In this document: positions 1 to 13,391 of the stretch, one piece after another
Numbering within the stretch: the first letter of the stretch is position 1
Layout of the letters: each line of letters begins with the position of its first letter
Assembly: GCA_965202585.1 (NCBI GenBank)
Contig: OZ241830.1
Span: forward strand, 40,920,001-40,984,000
Source: Thalia democratica
Lineage: Eukaryota
Direction of reading: 5' to 3'
Length of the DNA stretch: 64,000 bases
Program-made: the position numbers and the translations under genes
Notes under the pieces: model-generated
The model's input: only the letters and a program-made list of their open reading frames with translations
The model's database searches: none
Told to the model about the DNA's origin: nothing

Positions 1-3000
1 ACTAACTCTTCTCGAGGGACAATGCAGGAAAATTGACCAAGAAGTACTGGATGTCGTCGCTGGTGACAACATTATATATGTAAGGCCTTTACTTATTTGT
101 AAACAAAATTTGCCTTAATAAGTGGTGTGATGCTAGCTAGCTTGAGTAAAAAAAGGGTCGAAATTTATATTTTTAATTAAAGTGTGTAAAATTATTATTG
201 TTAAGAGTTTTTTAAGAAGATTTAAACTTGTTTTTTCTTCTTTCACACTACTCGTAAAACTTTTTATGAAACTTTGATGTTAGATTTCACTTTTTTTTAA
301 TATTAAGGATCATGAAAATACCAGCTTTTAATAACTATGTTTCATGTCAGGCTACTTTAAATTCGTTAAAGTCAATCAAGATTTAGTATAGATATACTAA
401 TATCTAATTTTAACAGTTTACTTATACTGTTTCATTTTAAAAAATAGGCAGAACACTTTCAAGGTAGCTGGTTTATAAAAAGACCAAAGATGATAAACTT
501 CAAAAAAATGTTATTAAAAAACAAAAAGTATATACACACTGTATTTAAACTGTTTATAAACTTACATAAGCTGGTTTCATAAACTTCCGAAACTAGTTCA
601 TAAGTATTTCTTAACATCTTAATTAACAAAACACTAACAGGTAAGAGCCACTTTGGTAGGAGGAACGAATCATGGACAACTTCTAGTAAATTTGATTCCA
701 TCATATTCTTTTACGTATCAAGAGCTCATTGGGGGAAATGTTCAATATTGTCATGACGACAGCGACACTACTAATGACCACATTTTATTTCGATTAAGTG
801 AATTTCACCATAGGTTTAACTTTTGTTATCATTGATAAAGAATATTCAACAAAGTTTTACACTCGTTCATTATAAAATAATACAATGTAGTTTTTAAAGT
901 GTATTTATCTTAAAGATAACTAGCTTACTTGTTAAGATTTACAAGTATTAGTTTTTCCAATAAGTATCATATTAACGCAAAAAACTAATATATATAATAA
1001 GAATTGATAGTTAGCTTCCTTTTATTTTTGGCAGCACGACATTCAAACTACCGATTGAAATAATTGCTAAAGATGACGCTCCTCCATATTTAGTCAGCAA
1101 CTTAGTTGTCGACACCACTGAAGGAGAGGTACTAAATGTTGTTTGATTTTCGAAAATATAATACTAACTTAAATAGTTTTTCTTGATTTTTAAACATGTG
1201 CTACCTTTTAAAGAAATTAACGGTTAAACTTAAAATACTCTATGTTTGTTTATTTTAAACAAGTACATATCTAACAAAAATATGTTTTTTACAGGAAACT
1301 ATGATTACTTTCGATTTGTTAGAGGCATCAGATTTGGATTGTGATCCGTCTTTTATCAAGTTTAGCATAACAAAACAGCCTGTAGCAGGACGGTTGATGA
1401 TGAAAAGTTCTTGGGACGATGAAGGGTTTTCTCATCAAGTTGCGCTTTTTAAACAAGCTGACATTAACCAAGTAATACAACTATTTTGTCTTCTTTTGTT
1501 ACTTAGTAAACTATGATTATATAACTTTTTTTAAAGTATTTAAAATCACTAAGTTGATGTTTGCAAACATATTAAAAGTTTCTCAATCAATTAAAAAAAA
1601 TTACTGTTTTAATGTGATTAATTTTATAATTTCTTAAACACTTACATTTAATACTTGAGGTTTAAGAATATAAAGCTTACATTAAACAACTTTATATTTT
1701 TCTAAACTATTTTAAAGTTTTACAAAATTGTAATGAATGACTCGAAACTAGATAAAATGTGAAGTTTACAAACAGATAGCTAGTTTAGTTTTTTTTTGTT
1801 CTTATCAAAATAGCATTACTGTAAGTCACTTTGAATTTAAATGTGAAATAAAACAGGGATTGCTGTGGTACAAGCACGATGGGGATGAAATTTTTGAAGA
1901 TTTTTTTGAGTTTCAACTGATTGATACAAACGATCCTCCAAACATATCATCGGTTAAGAGAGTAGTCTTGAAAATTCTTCCTCAAGATGATCTTCCTCCA
2001 ATGCAGGGACAAAACAATAAATTGTTAGTTGTAGATTTTACAACAACAAATAACATTTAAAAATAAACTTAATCTATTTTATATAAGCTTATTTTTTATA
2101 AAATAATACTACAATTTTGATAGTGACGGTATTTATGTGCTTAACAGTGACTGTTTTTTATTTTTTTTTTACTCTTTTTACCTATTCATTAAAAAATAAA
2201 ACTTTAAAAAGTTAAAATAATTTGTTAGTGTACTCAACAGTTTTAAAATTAAGCTCGTTTTGTAGAAGCTTGCAAGTGAACGAAACAAGTCTTTTTGTTT
2301 TTACTGCTAATGAACTGAGCTATTATGACGTAGAACATCCAAAATACAACGTTTTTTATGACGTCATAGGTGACGTGTTTTGTGAGAACGAAAATAAAGA
2401 ACAAGATTGCGGAAGGATTATTTCCTTGGAAAATGTTTCTATGCCAATGAAAGACATATCACTACCAACCATCAAGTAAAATTCAGAATAAAAAAAAATC
2501 AACTGATATTGTTTTTATAAAAAATTATGTTATTTTAGTCTTACTCTAAAAAGTGTTTTTAATTTTTTTTCAAAATGTTTTAATTTTGTAGAAATCGAAA
2601 ACTAATACTCTATAACATTGTAAATTACTTTAAACAAATATTTTAAAAATAATCTCAGCAAGTTTTCGCAAAGATTGGTAAACCACAGTAGAGTAGCTTA
2701 CATGCCACCAATGAGAGAAATTGGTGCTGATAGTGAAAGCATGAGGTTCTTTTTCATTGTGAAAACTGTTTCCGGTGTTGAGCTGGAACCTGTATCCTTT
2801 AGCATAAAAGTTCTTCCGGTCAACAACAAGGTGATATTTTTATATACTTGATTTATAAATAACATTCTGAACTCTTTTATAATTAGTTGCTCTAAATTTG
2901 TTAAAGTTTGAATACCTAGGCTTAAAATATTAAACTACTTTTTAGTAAACTAGTATACTTAAAGTAACGTATGCTTCTTCATAATACCTAAGTAGGTATT

Positions 3001-6000
3001 GTATACTTTTATAGCTGTGCTTTACATATAACTTGCGTACTTTTTATTAATATAGTGAATTTTTTTTAATCTGTCTGAATCAGATGTTTAAAGTGACTAG
3101 AAATTTATTTCTTTTTTGAATTATTTTGCAACAGCCACCCTCGATAGAAACAGTACCCGTGACAGTTAGGGAAGGTGATGAAGTTGTGATCAGTGAGAAA
3201 GAGATCATAGTAACAGATGAAGACACTCTTATAAGTGATCTTGTCATTTTTGTGAAAGAACATCCCTCGCACGGAAAACTGTTATTAGGTGGTGAAAAAG
3301 TAGAAAAATTCCGCATAAAAGATATTCATAATAAAAGGTAAGAAATTAATGTCTAACTTGTGAGATGCAGATGATATTTCCCGTTTAAATTTGCTTTTTT
3401 TCAATAACAAAAAATTTAAAAAATTAAATATGATTATTTTCATAAGTTTTCTGTTGATATGTTTAGCATATTAGCTAATATAATATTTTCTGTGCTACTA
3501 GCTTCAGGTTTATATAAAAATTCTAATTTAAGTTAGAACTTACAAGTTTACTGATAATGAAAACAAGATTACTGTTTTACATTTCAAACTGATTTATGCA
3601 CACTATTAAAAACTGTTTGCTTTTACTGTTTGGATTAAACCTTGTATAGATGATAAATTAAAATAAATGTTTTTACAAATACTTAATAACGCTTAAATTT
3701 TTTTTCGTAAATAAAAATTTTTAATTTTATTTATGTTTCATAACATATTTTAAACAAAAATACTTCGTGTTTACTAACTTATAATTTAATGGCTACTTGC
3801 AGTAAAATAAAAACAGCTGTTTAACTATATTTAATAAGTTTTGCTTATCATAAATCTACTGTCGCTAAAAAAAGTCATGATTTCGGTTTAAAAAAAATCT
3901 TTTGCATAAGACTTTAATTTATACTTTATACTTTTTCACAAACCTAACAAACTCAACAACAGATTGAGGTACGTGCACGATGGGAGCGAAACACAAAACG
4001 ACCAGATTGTGTACCGTGTCAGCGACGGTGTGCACAAAATAACCGCGCACACGAACATATTCATCGAAAGCGTCGATGATCAGATGCCAGTTATTAATGG
4101 TTAATCTATTGTTAATTATAAAAAATAATCTTTAAGACAGTTTTGAGATGTTTAAATTTTATCTTAATGCAGACTTTTCTGTCTTTTAGTAGTGTAATTA
4201 CTTAAGGCTTAAAAAAGAGTTTATACACAGTTTTTAATAGGTTAAATTAGGTATGAGCTTGACAGAGTCTAACTGTATCAAATTGTGTATTTAGTAATTA
4301 TCCGGTATTTTTTTAATGGAAATATCGGAGTCAGTCAATGTTACGAACATAAGTTGTTTATATCGTATAACTTTGATTTTAAAGTTAAAGCACTTTTCAT
4401 TATAGATTGTTGTGGACCTAGTGGTGCTTTACTAAAGCTATAATAAGTATTGTTTTTTGTTTATCTTTAATTTTAGATAGCAAGCTTTAAAGTAAAAAGG
4501 TTTTGTGTAGAATAACATTTAGCTCTAAAATATCAATAAATCTAGGTTTTAAACCAATTAATCCTTATTTTATTTTTAGCATTTTTCTTACTTAACAGTA
4601 AAAGTTTCAAAAGTTTTACAGTTTAAAGTTTTTTGTTTTATAAGTATTGTAGCTTAGTTACAGTTTTCTTTATTTGTTAAAACTTTAAAATCGAAAAACA
4701 CTTTTTATAATGCTGGATGCAAAAAACAAATGTTTTAAAAATTAACAAAGAAACTAGTATACCAAATTGGTAAAAAACCTTATGCGATCAAAGATCGTTT
4801 TATTTACTTCTTTTGTTATGATGTATAAGCGTAAATTTTTATATAAATTTATCGAGTAAAAAGATCAAAACGTTTACAAAGATACGCATCACGTTATTGT
4901 ATATAAAACACAAAAGATGACAAAACAGGCTGGTTGTAGTTGAAACATTGTTTTAGCTAGGGTTTTGTTTTTTCTAAACAGATTAAATCACTGTTTTATA
5001 TTCTAAAAACATAACAAGCTATTTTTACATTTACATTTATTTAGGCTGTTTAATTTACAAAATTTATCGATAGAAATTTGAGTGTGTCCGATACAATGTA
5101 GTTTTGATCTCTATACCTAACTATAAAATTAATTTCTTGATCAGTTTCAGAAAATAAAAGCTGTCAAGATAATAATTTATTTAAATAAAGTAAGTACAAA
5201 TGTCAGAAACGTTATTATTTAAAAAAAGTATCAAAAACCTTCGACTGTATAAAATATAAATAACATGTTACAAAGGCTAAAAATATGTAAAGCTGTAATT
5301 TTTATAATTACTTTGCGAAAATTCGAACTTGTATTAAGTAGAGGTATTAGCATCAAAATATACGTATAAAAAATATATCAATTTTTAATACAGCTGTCTT
5401 TATATACTTTAATTAAATTTAAAGCAATCTAGTCCGATTTACCTGCTATAAAAACCTTTGCTCAACCAAAATCTTTTTACAAAACAATGACAACCTTTAT
5501 AATAAATAGAAGGGCCATCTGAAATAGAAGTGAAAGAGAAAGATGTAGTTGTGATAACTAGCGATGTTTTGTCTGCAACAGATGCCGACACTTCAGACAG
5601 TTTCCTTGTATTCGACATAGTTGAATATCCTAAACAAGGAAATATATATGTAGAAGGAGATGTAAGTTTCTTATGTGTATTTGTCTTTTTGTACTTGAAC
5701 TTTGTAAGCGACGAAAATAAAAACATAAGTAGATGATAAACTAAGTTCGATGTTCTGTACATTTGTGCTGTAGTGGAACAATCAAATCGTCATGATGGCA
5801 AAATTTTAACATGTATGGAATAACAATAATTTAAAAAATAAGGTTATTTCAAAATCACTAAGAAAGTGATGTAACTTTTTTGAAAATATTAAGACCATGT
5901 TGTGATTTTATTAGATTCTAATCAAGTTTAAAACAGAAAGTATTTGTTGATATTGTAACCTTAACCAAAAAAAGAAGGAAATGCTTAAAACTTAAACTTA

Positions 6001-9000
6001 TTTTAGAACAAAAAACTTACTCAAATTTATAAAACTAATTTAGATAATTTAAACATTTGTAAACTAAGGTTATATGTTTTGTACAAATCCTATATTATAC
6101 AACGAATAGTATTAGTTTAAACAATTTTATTAACAGAAAAATACTCATAAAAATGTTTTAGTTAAGTATATTAACGATTTGTAAAACATTTTTTACACGA
6201 TTTCAAATTGTATTGAAGCATAAAGTATAAAATGATCTTGGTTACTTTATTAGTTTTTAGTTTTGCATATTGTATAAAACCTTAAAAATACTTTTTTTTT
6301 CATTGACAAATGATTTCATCAACTTTACTTTATAGCAACCGACACTGCGCTTTACCCAGAAAGATATTTTGTCCAATCAGGTGACGTATAAGCACAACGA
6401 AGAACTTTTAACCCAATCAGAAAGTAGAGATTCTTTTACAGTGCTTGTCAGTGACCGACGTTACCCAGATTTTTCCGGTTAGTTTTCTAGCAGCTAAGTT
6501 TATAATAAAAAAATTTAAAAAAATTAAAATTAAGATGAATGTTATGTATGTAGTTTGGTTTCTTCAAAAGAGTTAATGACAGCTTAGGATAATTTGAAAA
6601 ATAAAAACTGGTTTAAAACTATAGAACAAGATTATTAACATTCTTAAAACAAATTTAAATTGTTACAAATATTCCTTGTTTTAAACAACAATATGTTATA
6701 CATATAAGTATTTATGAATAGAATTCAAAATGTTATAAAAAGTTTAATACTTCTTTCTAAGTGGTTTAGTTTTAGCAATTAAGAATTTTTTTCTATGATT
6801 TCTTAGCCAAACTTTGTTTTTTAACATATTTAAAAGGTATAACTTTGGTAATATAGTATTATCTATCTATTTAAAAACTTAGAACTTTTTTTATGAAATT
6901 TTAAAATAGTTCGATTAAAAGTTGATATTAGTTTTTGTTCATTAATTTTTTTATTTTAAATAACGTTTATGTCAACTGTTTAATTTTATTAAAGTTTTTC
7001 TTGAAAAAATGAGTTTATTTGGACAACACTATTTTGCAATGAATTACAACAAACTTACTGTTTTATAGTTTAGGCGAAAGTTTACTTTTTTTTAACAACT
7101 GAAGCGTTTTGTTTTCTCAACAACTCAAAGGATTATTAAAAATCATAACTAAAAGAAAACAAACCAATGAGCTGTAAATTCTTTAAGTAAAACTTTTACC
7201 TGACTCGGTAAATTCTAGTTGACTCGTCAATAATGGAGGCAGCGATGAAGACAATAAAAATCCGGGTTCTTCCTGTTGATGATCAGCCACCCACCCTTAT
7301 TGTCGGTCACATAAGCATCAGTTGCGATGAAGGGGGATTTACCCAAATCACAACTAAACATATCAGTGCAGAAGACGTTGACACAAAACTTGAAAAACTA
7401 AGTTGGTTTAAAAAATATTAAAACATATACTATCACAGAATTCGATTTAAACTCTAGTCTGCCATTCTTTTACTTTACAATGCAATAAAGTTTTTGCTTT
7501 AGATTATCAAGATCTTAAAGAATTCAAAATAATACCAAAAAGGTAGTCTGCTTGCAAATATATGATAGAATCATCATAATAAAAAGGTTTCTTATTATGT
7601 TTTCAAGTGAACTTGAGTTTTTTTTAAGAAGGTGGTCAACAGTTTATATAAGTAGCTATTAAAAAAGATATATCTGGCTCTATTTGATAAACGAACAAAA
7701 CATACAAACATTACAGTCTTTTTCGTATCTGAGCAACCAAAGTTCGGCTACATCGAAGATTCGTCACCACTGGAAGGCCATGAAGCCGAGTATAGAAGGA
7801 AAGCGTCGAATTTCACATACGAGAAAATTGTGCAGCGTTACATCTCGTACCAGCAGTCAGTCCACCAAGGTATTGAGCCCACCAGCGACATGATGCAGTT
7901 GTTTGTCAGCGATGGAATTCACAACAGTCAACAGGTTTTCGATTTATCTTTAGAAGTTTTAAAAAGATTTTCAGTAGTGTTAAGTCTTAATATTCAACAA
8001 AAATTGTTAATCTTTGTTTATTAACTTATGAAATTTAAAAATGTCTTTTAAGAATATTTTCTTATCTTATATGAGTTTTAATAACATGTTCTTCGATGTA
8101 AAAATATTGCATTAGTTGCTTCTACTAATTAAAATTCTCGGTAATAAAAATGCTAATTAAGCTTGGAATAGTTTTTGTTGGTTTTCTTAAACTTTGAGCT
8201 TCTTAATACTTAAAAACTTAAGCAGAAAATTGTTAACTTTTTCATACTTTTAATCGAAAATTTTCATGACTTATACAAATTTTTATTTAACTTTATTTTT
8301 GTTAGGCTCTTTTACTTGTAACAATAGAGCCGACAAACGACGAACCGCCAATATTAATTTGTTCTAATGTGACGTCGTGCATGGAAGGTTCAATGACGTC
8401 ACTTGCAATTGAAGTAGCAGATCTTGATGTACCACATGATGACGTCAGTTTATTTACGTTTATTTATTTAATTTTCAAATAGTTATTTAATATCTTGAAG
8501 TGTTCGATAATTGTAATGTTAACATAATTACTATTTATTTTCTTATTGAATGCCATGACCATTATAATTTATAAGGTGTACTTTGTCTGAATTTTTCTAC
8601 TTTAAAAAGTAAAGTATATTTTTGTAAACTTAATCTTAAAAAAAAACTTTAGCCTGGTGTAAAATAAATAATAAGAAGAAATAAATTCTAATATTTTAAC
8701 ACTAGGTTATGGTAGTTGTCTCAAAGAAACCTAAACATGGAATGCTTATGAATGAAATGGATCATATAAAAAGAAAGAGAAGTTCAAGACATAATAACAA
8801 CAGGTTATTCAAAATCTTACAACTAAACTTTTATTTTGAAAAAAAATATGCTTAGTAAATTTAATAAGATTTGAATCTAGGATTCAGTAAAGGTTGAACA
8901 CTTCTCATATAGGTTTACCACAAAATTGTACAAAGAAATTATTTTGTAGCTAATAGGATACTAATAAAAAATAATCAAAACTTTTAACAACAGGCATCAA

Positions 9001-12000
9001 CACCACAATGATGTAACAATGGGAGAGTTCAGCATGCGTGAAATCATCAACAACGACGTCATACCAGCATACATGCACGACGGAAGTGAAAATTTCATAG
9101 ACGAAATAGAACTGAAAATTTCCGACGGAAAGTTCGAACAAAGAGAAAAAATGGCAAGTATTGTTTTTTTTATTTTATTGTAGTTGGTTTAATTTACAAC
9201 CTCGCACTCATAAAATAAATAATTTTTTGTTAATAATTTTTTTTTGAGAACACTTAAAAACCAACATTTAAATTATGCTAAGCTCTGAAATAAAATAACC
9301 AATATTCCATAATTCTATTTGAATCATCATCAATAGAAAATAGTTTGCATGATACTACTTTAAAACGGAGTATTTTTAGATACCGCCCAATTTTGAGCAG
9401 AACTGATGCGTGATCAATTATTCGTACGTACCAGTTTATCCTGAGTTTAGCGGTATTATACAAAAATATGCCCTTGATTTAGGAATTAATGCCTTAAAAT
9501 AATGATCTTTTGTCAAAAAACAAAAATTTAACAGATGATAAAAGTTGTTAAAGTAAACGATGAAAAGCCGGAGTTGATCACAAACGAAGCTCTAACAGTT
9601 GAGTTTGGAGAAGACAAAGTTATAAGTAATTTAAACTTACACGCAATCGACAGAGATTCGGAATTAGACAACCTTAAATACGTCTTAACTGTTGCTCCTA
9701 GAAGGGGCTCTGTATTGGTATTAAGGTAGGTTATAATTATTAAAAATTTTAAGTCGATATAAAATATTACGGTTGAATAAATAGAGTTATAAATTGTTTA
9801 ATAGTTCTTAAAGTAAAGTATTTTACAATGAAATAATTTATTTTAAAAAGTATTTGAAAAATATATACAAACATTATGTTTTAAACAACTTAACAAGTGA
9901 ATGTATTTACGTTATAAAAGATGCTTATTAAGAATAAATTTATAAAGAAAGAGATGACCAATGGAACAAATTGCAAGTTTCACATTATTTCACTGAAGAA
10001 GACCTAATTCTCAACAAAGTCAAATACTTTCATGAGGGTGTGCTTGGATCAAAAGATAAGGTTAGTAGATTTTACTTAAAAAAAAAAGCTTACAGTGTTT
10101 TGGTGTTTAAAAAAACTACTTGATAAGTGTTTATATTTTGTGCCTTACAAACAAAGAGTACTAAATTCTATGGTTTTGTTTTATCTGTTTAAAAACTACT
10201 TATATTACCAGGACTCTTTTTCATTTCGCATAAGTGATGGTAGTACGAATTCGAACAAGCAAATATTCTCAATTAATATTCAAAACGTGAAGAGAGGACA
10301 AGTCAGAGTGGAAAACAATGGTTTACGGATTCAACAAGGTGAAAAGGTTGTAAAAATCATATCAATAACTTTTGCAATTTGTTAGCATTTTTTGAATATT
10401 ATATTGATGTATTAAAAAGAGTTTACTTTATTAGAGTAGTGTAAGAAATTATAAATGTAACATCAAAATTTATGTAAAAAGAGATTTTTTATTTATTTTA
10501 CTTCAAATTACGTAATTTCTTTACTTTTTAAAATGAAATAAATAGTTGAATTTAAAAACACGATCAAGTATGGTGTTATTATTTTAAAAAGTTCAAGAAA
10601 TTAAAAAAAGTTTAAATTTTTATATATTATGGTGCAAAATCTTCATAACAAAAATTATACTTTCACACAATTTTTTTTTAATAAAAAGTAAGTCAGCAAA
10701 CAAGTATATACTTTTTAAATAGTTTTAGCAAATTTAAAAAAGTTCTTCTTTTTGTTAATATATTAAACTTTCTTAAGATTTTTATCTGTCAGGTATACAT
10801 TTTTTCAAATCTAATTAGTCGTTTTAAATCAACACAATTTATTTTTGTGAATTTTTTGATCCTAAGTTAAAAATTAAAGAGTCTTTACATTTTTTTAAAC
10901 ATTTAAAATGTAAAATGTAGTACTAAAAAATGATTTTTTATTTTTTTATTTTAAGTTTTTGTATTGATCAAAATGTTTATCTTTTCTAAACTATTTATTA
11001 ATAGCTGGGACATATTTAAAACTATTAATTTTCAAGAGGATTGCGTATTGTTGTGGTAAAAGTATTTTTGGTATAATTATTACAGTTTAAATTTTCGGTA
11101 TACATAAAAACTACCGTTCAACAGAAATTAATAACAACAAACAATCTATCATCTTGGGACGGAACCAATCAGATTAATATCATGTACCACGTTACTACAA
11201 TGCCCTTATATGGTCATGTCGAGTTAGTAAATAATCCTGATGTCACTGTCAGTAAATTTAGTCAAATTGATCTCCTTGCTGGAAAAGTAAATTTTTTTGT
11301 TCATTTAGTTATTGAACTAAAAAAGTATAAAATATAGTACAACTTCATATAAAAGCATAATGTCAGTAACTAAAAATAAAACTAAGAAATTCAAACCACT
11401 AGGTTGTGTACGTGAGTCACAATTCACCAAACTACGAACCGTATGATGACTTGATGGGATTACAAGTAACCAACAACCTGTACTCAGCCGACGTAGATTT
11501 CAATGTAAATGTTACTCCAGTTGACACTCACTTACCAACACTCTATTCAGACAACTACCGAGAAATTTCAGTTTTAAGCGGTGCTTCTGTTACGCTCGAT
11601 AAAGAAAAAATTAACATTTCAGACGATGACACTCCCGATGGTAAAACTTTATTTTTTAATAATTTGTTTATAGTTTTTTTTTAAACATTTTGTTTCATAG
11701 TTATTAATCAATATGTTTTCTCTATCAACAAACATTACTAAATTTATTTATTCATACTAAGTTGAATTATATTGTTCGAAAATGTTTAGATGAGGAAAAA
11801 TATAATCATACTAAAATTTGTTAATCAAAATAGCGTTGTTTTTTTTTTTTAATCAGTTTACATTAAAAATATAAAGTTGTATTCCTAATGTCTAACATAT
11901 ATCAAATTATGTTTAAATTACTTTATTTAAAAATACGTCTGCCAAAAAAAAAAGCTAAATTGAAACATTAAACGAGTTTTAAAAATTGATTAGCTGTGTA

Positions 12001-13391
12001 AACATTTAAACAAAAAAAAAAACAGAAAAGCTTCACATCGTCATCACTAAAGTACCTACACACGGAAAAATTATGCTTAAAAACAAGGAAGTTTATGTGG
12101 ACGACAAAGTGAACATGGATGAAATAAGAAGTAAGCAGTTTGTGTACAAACACATGGGTGGTGGTGGGCTCATCGACACTTTCTCATTCACTGTTCACGA
12201 TTCAACTAATCAGGGTTTCTTCCTTCAAGGTTGTTAGAATTACATTAGTCTAACGTAATAATCTCATCATAAAAATGTTTGCATTGTTTCAACTCACTTT
12301 AAATAATTTACCAAGTATGATAATATTTTTTAGTTAAAGTATCTCAATGTCTCGGCCAATCTATTAACAGTAATAAAACATAGAAATAAGAACTTGGTTT
12401 TTTTAAACGCTACTGACCTTTGTTGAAAACTAATTTTGATTTGAAATACTAAATAAATTGATTTAAAAGATTTTTTTCTAGTAATAAAAAACTTGTTTTA
12501 TTTAGAGTCGGGAGACAAACCTACATTAGACCCGATTACTTACTACTTTAGTGTAAAAGAACTAGACGAAACACCTCCTTACAAAATAAACAACAAAATT
12601 GCGTACAATATTAAAGTATTAAGTAAGCTTTTTAATGGTCTAGTTTAACGAACAAGAAGTTTTTTGATGTTAAGTTCTTTATTTCTCAAAACTTTATGCA
12701 CTTTAGCTTTAACAAACTTTGACACAAAAAAATTTATTTCTAAGTTGTTATAAATTTTAAGTTTATATTTTTTAATTAAACCTAAGTTAAAAAAAAATTA
12801 GTTTTGCAAAAATATCTTTAAAAAAATATTTCACGCCTTGAACTATTTTGTCTCATTTTATGCTTCTATGCATTTCTAATAATCTTAAAAAGTTGAACTT
12901 AAAATAATCAAAAACTGTTTGCTTAGATAAAAAGAAGAGACGCAACAATTTATATATTTTAATTGACAAGAACAACTTAATGTATGCCGACGATGATACA
13001 AACGATTTATCAAAAATAACTTATTACATCACCAAAAACCCTGCTTATGGACAAATTAAAAAGGTATTTAATAAAAAACATTAAATACATGCTATAATGT
13101 TATTTATTTTTTATAAACAAGTATAATTTTATTCATTTATACATTTTTTATTATTATTAGGAAAATGTTAAACTAAAAGCAGTGCAATTTTGTTTAGTTA
13201 TTTTGTGAAAACTTTAACATTTTGCAGAGAAGTTCTTCAAGTAGCAAGTATAAAGCCACAACGACGTTCAATCAACGAGACTTAAACATGGGATTAGTTG
13301 CGTATGTTACGTCACAAAGACTTGATGTTGTTGAAGACAAGTTCGTATTCGACGTAGAAGACTACTGGGAGAACAAACTGTTCTATCAAAC
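1..13391 (+). CDS. CSPG (NG2/cadherin-like) repeat-encoding exons of the FREM1-like gene
   Basis: Translations include GLLWYKHDGDEIFEDFFEFQLID, RLRYVHDGSETQNDQIVYRVSDG, YQQSVHQGIEPTSDMMQLFVSDG and AYMHDGSENFIDEIELKISDG, each followed by an I/V-x-P-V-D/N-D-x-P linker. Confidence 0.92.

Noticed and set aside
9312-9324. ATTCTATTTGAAT, matching 13 nt of the Ciona spliced-leader sequence as I recall it
   Set aside because: It is not followed by AAG|GT or an Sm site, and such a match is expected by chance in very AT-rich DNA.
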